The notes under the pieces: model-generated
Told to the model about the DNA's origin: nothing
Seen by the model: only the letters and a program-made list of their open reading frames with translations
Database searches by the model: none
Made by a program: the position numbers and the translations under genes
In this document: piece by piece, positions 18,456 to 28,125 of the stretch
How positions within the stretch are numbered: position 1 is the stretch's first letter
How the letters are laid out: each line of letters opens with the position of its first letter
From: Treponemataceae bacterium
GTDB lineage: Bacteria > Spirochaetota > Spirochaetia > Treponematales > Rectinemataceae
Length of the DNA stretch: 64,000 nucleotides
Assembly (NCBI GenBank): GCA_963678065.2
Contig: CAXXVZ010000005.1
Coordinates: 480,001 to 544,000, forward strand
Direction: 5' to 3'

Positions 18456-20149
18456 TCAAGGTTTTTCTCGTCGAGGACGAGATCGTCGCGAGAGAGGGCA
18501 TCCGCGAGAGCCCCCTGTGGTCGCTCGGGGAGTTCGAACTGGCGGGCGAAGCCTGGGACGGGGAGATGGCCCTGCCCCTCATAGAAGAAACACGGCCCGA
18601 CATCCTCGTCACCGACATCAAAATGCCGTTTATGGACGGCCTCGAGCTGAGCAGGATCGTCCGGGCGACTTATCCCTGGATCAAGATCATCGTGATAAGC
18701 GGCTACGAGGAATTCTCCCTGGCCCGCCGGGCAATCAGCTCCTCGGTGATCGACTACCTGCTCAAGCCGATCTGCAGCGAGGATCTTCTGGTCGTCCTGC
18801 GCAAGGCCGCCGATATCATCGAGACGGAAGCGCGCGAGCGCGAGCGGGTCGACGATCTGGGACGGCGGGCGCGCTCAGGCGCGCAGTTCATGGCGGAGCG
18901 GCTCTACGCCGACCTTCTGACCGGACTCGTGCCCTCGGCCGAGGCCATAGAAAGGGCGAAATCGCTCTCTATCGACATTCTGGCGCGCCACTACATGGTC
19001 GCGGTCATCACCCCCCTGCCGGGCGAAACGCGCGATCCCGCGAGGCGCTACACCGAGTACCTGAAGGCCGATCACATCATAGAGGACGCGCTGGAAGGCA
19101 ACCCTTCGGTAGTCAGGATCGGATCGGATCTCTCGAAGACGATCCTCGTCTTCAGGGACGACGATCCCGAACGCCTCGGCTCTTTCGGTTATTCGATCTG
19201 CCACTCCATCAAGTACGAGGTCGAACGCAAGACTTCCTGCACGCTCGCCATAAGCATCGGCGGGGTCCGGGAACGAGTCCAGGGCATCGCGGAATCCTAC
19301 GCCCAGGCGCAGTCGGCCGGCCGATTCGACTACATCTTCGGCCCTGAGCAGATAATCGGCATCGCCGACACACAGCGGATCAAACTGGGCGATCCCGTCG
19401 GCTCTCCTTCCCCGGCGACGCCGGAGACGATGCAAAGCGGAACGACGCCGGCCGGGGCGCTGCCCGGCACAGCGCTGTCGTTCCCGGCAGGGTCGGGGAC
19501 AGAGATAATCGAAACGCTCCGGAGAGGACAGAGGCAGGACGCGGGCAGCCTCGTCGATGGATTTCTTTCGGGGATCGATGCCGGGACCGCGAGTCCGCTC
19601 CTGCGCTGCCACGCCATCGTGGATCTCTACGTTTCGATCGCAAAGTTTTTCGGGGAGATCGGCGGCGCGGCGGAGGCGACTCCGAAAGACCTCGTCGCGC
19701 TCGAGGAAATCCTCGCGCGTACGGACAGGGCGGCGCTGCGGGGCTTCCTCGTCTCGGCCGTAGACCGGGCTTTCTGTCAGCGGGATCTCAGGAGGGAAGA
19801 TCGCTACGGCGACCTGATCGACCGCGCAAAACGCTGCATCGCCGAGCGGTACGCTGACCCCGATTTCTCCCTCAACGCCGTCGCCGAGGCGGTGAACGTG
19901 AGCCCGAGCCACTTTTCGACGATCTTCAGCGGCGAGACGAGAGTGACCTTCATCGAGTACCTCATCCGCACCAGAATCGACAAGGCAAAAGAACGGCTGA
20001 AGACGACCTCGATGCGCTCTTCCGAGATAGCCTACGAGGTCGGCTACAAAGATCCTCACTATTTCAGCTACATCTTCAAGGCCAAGACGGGAATGTCTCC
20101 AACGGAATTCCGCGAGGGGAAACCGGCGCCTGCCTCAGGCCATGCCTGA
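18452..20149 (+). CDS. YesN-type response regulator (receiver + AraC HTH)
   Basis: MIKVFLVEDE, TDIKMPFMDGL, DYLLKP, C-terminal SPSHFS...IAYEVGYKDPHYFSYIFK; ATGA overlap with the kinase. Confidence 0.93.
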   Translation: MIKVFLVEDEIVAREGIRESPLWSLGEFELAGEAWDGEMALPLIEETRPDILVTDIKMPFMDGLELSRIVRATYPWIKIIVISGYEEFSLARRAISSSVIDYLLKPICSEDLLVVLRKAADIIETEARERERVDDLGRRARSGAQFMAERLYADLLTGLVPSAEAIERAKSLSIDILARHYMVAVITPLPGETRDPARRYTEYLKADHIIEDALEGNPSVVRIGSDLSKTILVFRDDDPERLGSFGYSICHSIKYEVERKTSCTLAISIGGVRERVQGIAESYAQAQSAGRFDYIFGPEQIIGIADTQRIKLGDPVGSPSPATPETMQSGTTPAGALPGTALSFPAGSGTEIIETLRRGQRQDAGSLVDGFLSGIDAGTASPLLRCHAIVDLYVSIAKFFGEIGGAAEATPKDLVALEEILARTDRAALRGFLVSAVDRAFCQRDLRREDRYGDLIDRAKRCIAERYADPDFSLNAVAEAVNVSPSHFSTIFSGETRVTFIEYLIRTRIDKAKERLKTTSMRSSEIAYEVGYKDPHYFSYIFKAKTGMSPTEFREGKPAPASGHA

Positions 20150-20157
20150 TCGCGCGA

Positions 20158-21480
20158 TCAGCAGGCCGCGAGAGCCCGGTCCAGGTCCGCGATGATGTCC
20201 GCGATGTCCTCGAGGCCGACCGAGAGGCGGATGAGGTCGGCTGTGACGCCGCACTCGTCGAGCTGCGCTTCCGTGAGCTGGGAGTGGGTCGTCGTAGCGG
20301 GGTGGATGGCGAGGGACTTGGCATCTCCCACGTTGGCCACGTGGGAGAAGAGGCGCAGGTTTTCGATGAAGCGCCCGCCCGCGGCGCGGCTTTCCGCCTG
20401 AGTCACGCCCCTCACGCCGAAGACGACCATGCCGCCCGAGCCCTTCGGCAGAATCCGCGAGGCGAGGCCGAAGGAGGGATCGCCCTCGAGGCCGGGGTGG
20501 CGGACCCAGGCGACCTTGGGGTGGCTCTTCAGGTGCTTCGCGACCGCGAGGGCGTTCTCCGAGTGCAGGGGCATGCGCACGTGGAGCGTCTCGAGACCCT
20601 GGAGGAAGATCCAGGCGTTGTCGGGCGAGAGGCAGGCGCCCAGGTTGCGCAGGGGCACGGTCCTGAAGCGCAGCGCGAAGGCGATTTTCGCCGATTCGGG
20701 CGGGAGGTCCAGGGCCCAGCGCATCCCGTGGTAGTTCTTGTCGGGCCTGGTGTAGAGATCGAATTTCGGGTCCGACCAGTCGAATGTACCTGCGTCGGTC
20801 GCGATGCCGCCGATGGCTGTCCCGTGCCCGCCCATCCACTTCGTGAGCGAGTTGACTACGACATCCGCGCCCAGCCCGATCGCCCGGAGGAGGTAGGGTG
20901 TCGTGAAGGTCGCGTCGACGACGAGGGGGAGGTGGTGCCGCTTCGCGACCGCCGAGATGGCCTCGATGTCGGCGAGGTCGAGACTCGGGTTGCCGATGGT
21001 CTCGAGGTAGAAAAGGCGGGTTTTCGGCGTGACGGCGCGCGAAAAGGATTCCGGGTCGCGTATGTCCGCGAAGCGGGTCGTGATGCCGAGGTCGGGAAGG
21101 ATGGCGTCGAACATCGTGTAGGTCCCTCCGTAGAGGTTGGCGGCCGAGACGATCTCGTCTCCGGCGCGCGCGATGTTGATGACCGCGTAGAAGATGGCGC
21201 TCGTGCCCGAAGCGACGGCGACGGACGCCGCCCCGCCCTCAAGCTCGGTGACGCGCTTTTCGAGCATCTCGACGGTGGGATTGCCGAGGCGCGAGTAGAT
21301 GTTGCCGGACTCCCTGAGGGCGAAGAGATTCGCCGCGTGCTCAGCGTTCCGGAAGGTGAAGGCGCTCGTCCGGTAGAGGGGAGCCGCCCGGGAGAAGGTC
21401 ACCGGGTCGGGCTCGTGGCCCGAATGGATCGCGCTCGTGCCGAAACCGCGCGCCTCACCTGTCTCTTTCTGTCCGCCCAT
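20158..21480 (-). CDS. metY: O-acetylhomoserine aminocarboxypropyltransferase (sulfhydrylase)
   Basis: YSRLGNPT, ASGTSAI, LYGGT, ETIGNP, SLTKWMGGHG (PLP Lys), ANVGDAKSLAIHPATTTHSQL, IRLSVGLE; GGAGGAG RBS. Confidence 0.93.
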   Translation of the reverse strand: MGGQKETGEARGFGTSAIHSGHEPDPVTFSRAAPLYRTSAFTFRNAEHAANLFALRESGNIYSRLGNPTVEMLEKRVTELEGGAASVAVASGTSAIFYAVINIARAGDEIVSAANLYGGTYTMFDAILPDLGITTRFADIRDPESFSRAVTPKTRLFYLETIGNPSLDLADIEAISAVAKRHHLPLVVDATFTTPYLLRAIGLGADVVVNSLTKWMGGHGTAIGGIATDAGTFDWSDPKFDLYTRPDKNYHGMRWALDLPPESAKIAFALRFRTVPLRNLGACLSPDNAWIFLQGLETLHVRMPLHSENALAVAKHLKSHPKVAWVRHPGLEGDPSFGLASRILPKGSGGMVVFGVRGVTQAESRAAGGRFIENLRLFSHVANVGDAKSLAIHPATTTHSQLTEAQLDECGVTADLIRLSVGLEDIADIIADLDRALAAC

Positions 21481-21512
21481 GTTCTCCTCCCCTTGCCGTT
21501 TTTTCAAACATA

Positions 21513-21527
21513 TACCACACTGTGGTA
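21513..21527. promoter_or_regulatory. Perfect palindrome (candidate operator) in the metY/regulator divergent region
   Basis: TACCACA-C-TGTGGTA, lying in the spacer of a minus-strand TTGCAT...TATGTT promoter-like element. Confidence 0.6.
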
Positions 21528-21530
21528 GTC

Positions 21531-22088
21531 ATGCAAGACAGCCCTAAAACGGAAACCAGGATGACCGGAGAAGAATTTTCCCGCCTGCGCAAGCTCCTCG
21601 GAAAGAGCCAGAAGGAGCTGGCGGACATTCTCGGCATTTCCCGGAAGGCCGTGGAGAGCTACGGACAGGGCTGGCGCAAGGTTCCGGCCAACACGGAGCG
21701 CATGCTCTATTTTCTCCTCTTCAAGCTGAGAGGATCCCTCCTCGTCGGGACGGGCGCCTGCTGGGAGATTCGCTCCTGTCCGGATGCCGCGCGACAATCC
21801 TGCATGACCTGGCTCGCGCAGGAAGGCCACTTCTGTTGGTTCTTCACGGGGCGCCTGTGCGCCGCGCGCAGAACCGGCCTGCCGGAAAATCTGTCTGCCC
21901 GCAGCCGGGATCACCAGCAGACAGGGACAGCCTCCGGCGACGAGCTCTCGCCCTGCCGCGACTGTTCCGTCTTCAGGGGAATGATCGATCTCATCCGCGA
22001 AGCCGACGTCGGCGCAGAAGCCGTCGCTGTGGCCGCTGCGGCCACTCCCGCCGCCAGTATCCATATCCACACCGAACCCGGACGCTGA
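21531..22088 (+). CDS. XRE-type HTH regulator with a C-terminal Cys-rich (two-CW-like) domain
   Basis: [44 protein letters not shown]-x7-C...CWFFTGRLC...CRDC (7 Cys); start could be 21522, 21531 or 21561. Confidence 0.82.
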   Translation: MQDSPKTETRMTGEEFSRLRKLLGKSQKELADILGISRKAVESYGQGWRKVPANTERMLYFLLFKLRGSLLVGTGACWEIRSCPDAARQSCMTWLAQEGHFCWFFTGRLCAARRTGLPENLSARSRDHQQTGTASGDELSPCRDCSVFRGMIDLIREADVGAEAVAVAAAATPAASIHIHTEPGR

Positions 22089-22117
22089 AGTCGTCGTCAT
22101 ACAGAAGGAGCCACAGA

Positions 22118-23059
22118 ATGCCCGTAAAAATCCCGAACGATCTGCCCGCCGCGACCACCCTGGCACAGGAAGGCATCTTCGTCATGACGGCCGAAAGGGC
22201 CATCCACCAGGACATCCGCCCCCTGCGCATCGCCGTCCTCAATCTCATGCCGACCAAAATCGTCACCGAGACGCAGCTCCTTCGCCTCCTGTCCAATTCG
22301 CCCATCCAGCTCGACATCACCTTCATCCGCATGGGGAGCCACGAATCGAGGAACACGCCCACTGAGCATCTGGAAGCCTTCTACGAGCCCCTCGACCGGA
22401 TCCTGCACGAGAGGTTCGACGGCCTCATCGTCACCGGCGCCCCTGTCGAAACCCTCGAATTCGAGGAAGTGGACTACTGGGAGGAACTCGTCAGGCTCAT
22501 GGAGTGGTCCAAGACCAATGTCTGGTCCACGCTCCACGTCTGCTGGGGCGCCCAGGCCGGCCTCTACCACCACTACGGCATCAAAAAGCACCCCGTTCCG
22601 GCAAAGGTTTTCGGCGTGTTCCGCCACGAGGTGCTGGAAGCCCGCGAGCCCCTTCTCCGGGGATTCGACGAGGTCTTCCTCGCGCCCCATTCGCGCCACA
22701 CTGAAGTCCTGCAAAAGGACATCGCGGCGACGCCCGGGCTCCGCCTCCTCGCGGTCTCCGACGAGGCCGGCGTCTACATGGCGGTATCCGGGGACGGGCG
22801 GCGCGTATTCGTGACCGGCCACCCCGAATACGACAGGCTGACCTTGAAGGCCGAATACGACCGCGACGTCGCGAAGGGACTCCCCATCGCCGTGCCCGTC
22901 AACTATTACCCGGACGACGATCCCGGGCGCAACCCACTCATGACCTGGCGCGCCCACGCCCACCTCCTGTACTCGAACTGGCTCAACTACTACGTCTACC
23001 AGGCGACACCCTTCGACCTCGATGAGCTGCCCGCCACGGAGACGCCCTTCGCGAGGTAA
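22118..23059 (+). CDS. metA: Homoserine O-acyltransferase, MetA family (acetyl-specific by the GAPVE motif)
   Basis: [35 protein letters not shown] (catalytic Cys), [27 protein letters not shown]. Confidence 0.95.
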   Translation: MPVKIPNDLPAATTLAQEGIFVMTAERAIHQDIRPLRIAVLNLMPTKIVTETQLLRLLSNSPIQLDITFIRMGSHESRNTPTEHLEAFYEPLDRILHERFDGLIVTGAPVETLEFEEVDYWEELVRLMEWSKTNVWSTLHVCWGAQAGLYHHYGIKKHPVPAKVFGVFRHEVLEAREPLLRGFDEVFLAPHSRHTEVLQKDIAATPGLRLLAVSDEAGVYMAVSGDGRRVFVTGHPEYDRLTLKAEYDRDVAKGLPIAVPVNYYPDDDPGRNPLMTWRAHAHLLYSNWLNYYVYQATPFDLDELPATETPFAR

Positions 23060-23102
23060 ATCCGGTATGATACTGGCGCCGCGGCCGGGCGATGACTCCT
23101 TC

Positions 23103-23133
23103 CTTCGGTTAGATTTCTGGATGAGGCAACACG
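23103..23133 (+). repeat. 31-bp direct repeat, copy 1
   Basis: cttcggttagatttctggatgaggcaacacg; 28/31 identical to 33435-33465. Confidence 0.85.
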
Positions 23134-23358
23134 CTCCGGAGCGGGCGGGCGGCCTTCCGGTTGGGGAGGCTTGCCGGGTCCATCATTGACTTCTCCTCCT
23201 CCCCGATGAAATATAATCAGCACGTCTTCCGGGACGGAGACCACGGCGGGAGGAGAAGCAGATGTTCCTCGTTTCTTTGGTGGCAGCCTTCGGGAAAGAC
23301 TACCTGCCCGCGCTCCAGTCAGACTTCGGGCTCTCCGGCGGGAACGGGACACCGGATC

Positions 23359-25200
23359 ATGCGCTTCCAGCATAAACTTCTCCTCAACTATTCGCTTCTC
23401 ATCGTCCTCCTCGTGCTCATTCTTTCGATCCTGTTTTACCGCTACAGCTCAGCCGTGTTCGAAAACAATGCGCGCGGCACCTACGAGCTCCTCTGCTTCA
23501 AGTTGAGCCAGCAGCTCGACAACGTCATCCGGCCGATGGACTTCATCTCCACGAACCTGATTTCCGACGCGTCGTTCAAATCCGCGCTCGCCTCCCTGGG
23601 AACGCTCGACAGGGGCGATACGGACAATTCCTTCTATACGACAGAGGCGATGCAGACCATCAGAAGACAGCTGAGCAGCTACTCCATCTACAAAAATTTC
23701 TACGCCGTCGTGGTTTTCAACGAAAAAGGAGATTTCTTTTCGAGCAATTTCCTCGACCACAAGGCTGCATCGGTTTCGCGGGACACGATCCGGAGTCTGC
23801 CCTGGCTGTCCCGCGCACGGGAGGCCGCAGGACATTCCGTGGTCGTCTCGCCCTACGATGATTCCTGGCGCTCCGAAGGCCGGGCCCGCGTCTTCGGCCG
23901 CGCCCGTGTGATCCCCGGCCTGAACGACGAGCTCGGCTATATCGAGGTCCAGAACCGTTTCGAAAATCTCGAACCAGTGCTCGCCGTCCCGGATATGGAG
24001 TTCGTGCGGATTCTCATCCTGTATCCTGACGGCGAGCCCTTCTACGCGAGCGGGAGCCTGACGCCCGGCCTCATCGACTATTATCGCTCCGAATCGAGGC
24101 GGAAAAACCGCCAGGCGGCCTTCCTGCCCAATCCGCTCACGAAAGATTCCGAGTTCATAGCCGCCGCCGCTTCCGACTATTCGGGCCTCTCGGTCATCCT
24201 CGTGCTCAACAGGCGGGTGCTTCTTTCGCCGATCCGCTTCGTGCGGGCCATCGGCTTCGGGATCGGCCTCCTCATTATCCTCTTCTCGGTGATGTACACA
24301 TGGTTTTCCTCGCGGCAGCTCACCAAGCCTCTCAAGCTGATACAGGCGCGCATGGATGAGACGCAGCTCTTCAACCTTCCCCTCGGGGCCCCCATCGATC
24401 ACCCGAACGACGAGATCGTCGCCCTGGACCGCACCTTCCGGAATCTGACCGCGCGTCTCGACGAATCGATCCGGCACGAACTCGATTCTCGCACCCTGTG
24501 GATGCAGGCGCGCCTCGATTCCCTGCAGGCCCAGGTAAATCCCCACTTCATCAACAATATCCTGACCGTCATCGCCAACCGCGGGCTGGAATCCGGCGAC
24601 CTGCGCATCGGAGACATCTGCCAAGGCGTCGCCTCGATGCTGCGCTACTCGACTTCCACCCAGGATCGGTCCGCGACCCTCGAGCAGGAACTCGAACACG
24701 TCAAAACCTACCTCTTCCTGATGAAAGAGCGCCTCGAGGACCGTCTCCTGTACCGTATCGAGGCAGAAGCCTCCGTCCTGGCCGCGAGGATGCCCAAGAT
24801 AATTCTGCAGCAGATCGTCGAGAATTCGATCAATCACGGATACAGGAAGAGCCACAAACCGATTTCGATCGACATTTCTGCCCGCGCCTCGGAGGGCCGC
24901 TGGCTCGTCGAGATGAAGGACGACGGCGAGGGCTTCGATCCCGATACCTTGGAGACTCTCGACGAAAGGATACGGAACGTCGGGCAGAGCCTGAGGGCCG
25001 GGACCGAAACACGAGGCCTCGGTATCGGCGGATTGGGACTGATCAACACCTATTCGCGCCTCTTTCTCTATTACAAAGGCGATATCACCTGGAGGATCGG
25101 AAACAATGAGGAGGGAGGGGCGCGGGTCCTCATCGGCGCTCCCATCGTGCATCTCGAAGAGGAGGTCGGCGATGCCGCGGATACTGCTCGTCGAGGATGA
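23359..25200 (+). CDS. YesM/LytS-type sensor histidine kinase
   Basis: N-terminal TM after MRFQHKLLL, second TM + HAMP, LQAQVNPHFINN, LQQIVENSINHG, DDGEG, GLGLIN. Confidence 0.9.
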   Translation: MRFQHKLLLNYSLLIVLLVLILSILFYRYSSAVFENNARGTYELLCFKLSQQLDNVIRPMDFISTNLISDASFKSALASLGTLDRGDTDNSFYTTEAMQTIRRQLSSYSIYKNFYAVVVFNEKGDFFSSNFLDHKAASVSRDTIRSLPWLSRAREAAGHSVVVSPYDDSWRSEGRARVFGRARVIPGLNDELGYIEVQNRFENLEPVLAVPDMEFVRILILYPDGEPFYASGSLTPGLIDYYRSESRRKNRQAAFLPNPLTKDSEFIAAAASDYSGLSVILVLNRRVLLSPIRFVRAIGFGIGLLIILFSVMYTWFSSRQLTKPLKLIQARMDETQLFNLPLGAPIDHPNDEIVALDRTFRNLTARLDESIRHELDSRTLWMQARLDSLQAQVNPHFINNILTVIANRGLESGDLRIGDICQGVASMLRYSTSTQDRSATLEQELEHVKTYLFLMKERLEDRLLYRIEAEASVLAARMPKIILQQIVENSINHGYRKSHKPISIDISARASEGRWLVEMKDDGEGFDPDTLETLDERIRNVGQSLRAGTETRGLGIGGLGLINTYSRLFLYYKGDITWRIGNNEEGGARVLIGAPIVHLEEEVGDAADTARRG

Positions 25201-26875
25201 ACCGGCGGCCGGACGATACCTCCGCTCCGTCATCGAGCTTCACCATCCCGACTTCTCCGTGGTCGGGATCGCCGAGGATGGGCGGGACGCCCTCGAACAG
25301 GTGAGGCGCCTCGATCCCGACCTCGTCATCACCGACGTAAAAATGCCCGTCATGGATGGGATAGAATTCGTCGCCGAGCTGAAAAAGAAATTCTCCGACC
25401 TGCCCGCCCTCATCGTGAGCGGATACCAGGAGTTCGAGTACGCGCGCCGCGCCCTCGATACCGGCGTGGTGGATTACCTGCTGAAGCCTGTCAGCCCGAG
25501 CCGACTCAGGGAAGTCCTCGACCGACTCATGCCCGTACTCGCCGCCCGCGAGGATTCGAGGCGCCTCGAATTTCTCGTGCGCTGTATCGACGGAGACTGC
25601 CGGGATGCGATCGCGTCCCTGGCTGCGGACGATCGCTTCTGGCTCGCCGTCGCCCGCTCGGGCGGCCTGCCCTCGAGGTTCCGCTGGAATCAGGCGAGGG
25701 ATGACAATCCGGGCTGCGTCGGCGGCTTCCACACCATTCCAGGCCGTGATTCCCGGGAAAAAATTTATCTGGGCCGCGCGGCGCAGCTCCCCTACGAGCG
25801 ATTCACCGCCGCGGTCCGCGCCGCGACCGGCGCCTTCCCGGAGGAGCCGGCTCAAAGCTACAGGACCGTCCTTGTAGCCTCGGCCGCCTCGGGCCCGGAG
25901 AGGCTCCACGACGCTGTGCGCGATCTCTGCCTCGACCTCGACAAAATCCTCGTCGTGGGGCTCTCCCAGGTTCATTACGGCGAGGTCGGGAAAACACCGG
26001 AAAACGACTGGGACAAACCGCTGGCCGACAGGATGGATTTCGCGCTGAAGGAATCCCGGATGGATCTCCTCAAACAGGCTGTCCTCGACATGTCGAAAAC
26101 CTGGAGGAAGGCCCGGACGCCTCTGATCGCGGTCGAATCGCAGCTCCGGAGAATTCTCCTCTTCGTGCTCCGCAAGGCGCCGCAGGCCGACCTTGGCATG
26201 GAAGCCGATCTGGAATTCTTTCTCGATGAGGAGCTCTCCGCGGCGCGCAGCTTCGACGATCTCGCCGCCTCCGCCTGGACTCTCGTCGCGAGGGCGGCCG
26301 GCGCGGGAGCGGCCGAATTCAGGGAAGTCGATGTGCCCGCCTTCTTCTGCGCCATCAAACGCTATGTCGAAACCCGCTACGCCGAACCCCTCACTCTGGG
26401 CTCGCTCTCGGCGAACTTCCGCATCTCCTCCTCCTATCTCAGCAAGCTCTTCCGACAGCACGCCGACCGGTCCTTCGGCGAATTCCTTTCGACGATACGG
26501 ATCGACGCGGCCAAACGTCTCATCGTCGAGAGCCCGGACATGCCCCTCAAGAATGTGGCGGAGCGGGTCGGCTTCTGCGACCCCTTCTACTTCAGCCGGG
26601 TATTCAAGTCCGTCACGGGCTATCCCCCCTCGGATTACGCCCGCAGGAGTGACGGAAAATCCATCACCCAGTGCGAAACGCTCCATGTCTCGATTCCGGA
26701 AACAGGTGTTAGGATTTCCCCGGGATCCGCAGGACAGGATCCCGATCTGACAGGAGGCTTCTATGCACAGAAAGATGATCGCGGTATTCGTGACCATGGC
26801 GCTTGCGTTTGTCGCCGTGACGGGGACCTACGCCGCCGCGAGGGAAAAACTCGTCTGGCTCCATTGGGCCAATGA
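25172..26875 (+). CDS. YesN-type response regulator (receiver + AraC HTH); C-terminus appears over-extended
   Basis: MPRILLVEDE, TDVKMPVMDG, DYLLKP, VAERVGFCDPFYFSRVFK..PSDY; the ORF continues ~75 codons past the HTH and into the next gene. Confidence 0.88.
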   Translation: MPRILLVEDEPAAGRYLRSVIELHHPDFSVVGIAEDGRDALEQVRRLDPDLVITDVKMPVMDGIEFVAELKKKFSDLPALIVSGYQEFEYARRALDTGVVDYLLKPVSPSRLREVLDRLMPVLAAREDSRRLEFLVRCIDGDCRDAIASLAADDRFWLAVARSGGLPSRFRWNQARDDNPGCVGGFHTIPGRDSREKIYLGRAAQLPYERFTAAVRAATGAFPEEPAQSYRTVLVASAASGPERLHDAVRDLCLDLDKILVVGLSQVHYGEVGKTPENDWDKPLADRMDFALKESRMDLLKQAVLDMSKTWRKARTPLIAVESQLRRILLFVLRKAPQADLGMEADLEFFLDEELSAARSFDDLAASAWTLVARAAGAGAAEFREVDVPAFFCAIKRYVETRYAEPLTLGSLSANFRISSSYLSKLFRQHADRSFGEFLSTIRIDAAKRLIVESPDMPLKNVAERVGFCDPFYFSRVFKSVTGYPPSDYARRSDGKSITQCETLHVSIPETGVRISPGSAGQDPDLTGGFYAQKDDRGIRDHGACVCRRDGDLRRREGKTRLAPLGQ

Positions 26876-28040
26876 ACCTCAGCAGAAGGCCATCGATGCC
26901 GTCGTCGATGCCTTCCAGAAAAAGTACCCTATCGACATCGAGTTCGACTTCAAGCCCGGAAGCGCCGAGGGCGAGAATCTCGTCAAGACGAGGATCGCCG
27001 CCAACGACATGCCCGATCTTCTGACCTACAATTCCGGCTCCCTCTTCCAGGTTCTCAACCTCGAAAAGAATTTCGTCGATCTTTCCAAGGAACAGTTCGC
27101 GGACAGGCTCCTCGACTCCTTCAAGTCCGTCGTCTCCGCGGGCAAGGGCTTCTATGGAATCCCCTACCAGCCGATCCCCGTCGGCGGCATCCTCTACAAC
27201 AAGAAGGTGTACGCGGAACTCGGCCTCAAGGTTCCCAGGACCTGGAAGGAATTCCTGGCCAACTGCGAGAAGGCCAAGGCCGCCGGCAAGGTCGCCGTAA
27301 TCGCCTCCTACAAGGACGACTGGACCGCCCAGCTCCTCCTCCTCGCCGATTTCTACAACCTCCAGGCGGTCGCGCCGAAATTCGCCCAGGACTACACGGC
27401 GAACAAGGCCAAGTTCGCCACCACGCCCGCCGCCCTGCGCGGTTTCGAAAAGATCCAGGAAGTCTTCACCAAGGGCTACATCAACAAAGAGCCCATGGCG
27501 ACGACCTACGACATGGCCCAGGCCATGCTGGCCAAGGGCGAGGGCGTCCACTATCCGATGGCCACTTGGGTGCTCGCGGCGATCAACGCCAATTATCCCG
27601 ACAAGATCGCCGACATCGGCTTCTTCGCCCAGCCCGGAGACTCCGCCGACAAGAACGGCGTCACCCTCTGGATGCCGACCAACATCTCCATCCCCAAGAC
27701 ATCCAAGAAGATCGAGACCGCCAAGAAATTCCTCGACTTCTTCGTCTCCGACGAAGGACTCGCCGCCTACATGTCAGTCGGCGCCCCCGACGGCGCCTTC
27801 GCCATCAAGAACGTAAAGCTTCCCGACTCCATCTTCCCCGCCGTCAAGGAAGCCCTCTCCTACATCAACGCGAACAAGACCGCTCCGGCCCTCGAGTTCC
27901 TCTCTCCCGTCAAGGGCCCGAACCTCCCGCAGATCTGCGTGCAGGCCGGACTCGCCCTCAAGACCCCCGTCGAGTGCGCCGCGGAATACGACCGCGATGT
28001 CGAGAAGCAGGCCAAACAGCTCAAGCTTCCCGGCTGGTGA
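26763..28040 (+). CDS. Carbohydrate (CUT1) ABC transporter substrate-binding protein
   Basis: AGGAGG RBS, signal peptide, DMPD, ILYNKKVYAELGLKVPRTWKEF. Confidence 0.92.
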   Translation: MHRKMIAVFVTMALAFVAVTGTYAAAREKLVWLHWANEPQQKAIDAVVDAFQKKYPIDIEFDFKPGSAEGENLVKTRIAANDMPDLLTYNSGSLFQVLNLEKNFVDLSKEQFADRLLDSFKSVVSAGKGFYGIPYQPIPVGGILYNKKVYAELGLKVPRTWKEFLANCEKAKAAGKVAVIASYKDDWTAQLLLLADFYNLQAVAPKFAQDYTANKAKFATTPAALRGFEKIQEVFTKGYINKEPMATTYDMAQAMLAKGEGVHYPMATWVLAAINANYPDKIADIGFFAQPGDSADKNGVTLWMPTNISIPKTSKKIETAKKFLDFFVSDEGLAAYMSVGAPDGAFAIKNVKLPDSIFPAVKEALSYINANKTAPALEFLSPVKGPNLPQICVQAGLALKTPVECAAEYDRDVEKQAKQLKLPGW

Positions 28041-28057
28041 TAGCCCGGACTGAATGG

Positions 28058-28094
28058 CTGCCGTCCGGAACGGAATCTCCGTTCCGGACGGCAG
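28058..28094 (+). terminator. 17-bp-stem hairpin after the binding-protein gene
   Basis: ctgccgtccggaacgga-atc-tccgttccggacggcag; no T-tract. Confidence 0.6.
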
Positions 28095-28125
28095 GCTACG
28101 GTATCATGATCCGCGGGAGATCTGC

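Noticed and set aside
23186..23217. TTGACT...TATAAT promoter upstream of the second kinase
   Set aside because: The 20-nt spacer is too long for a canonical sigma70 promoter; the -10 may still be real
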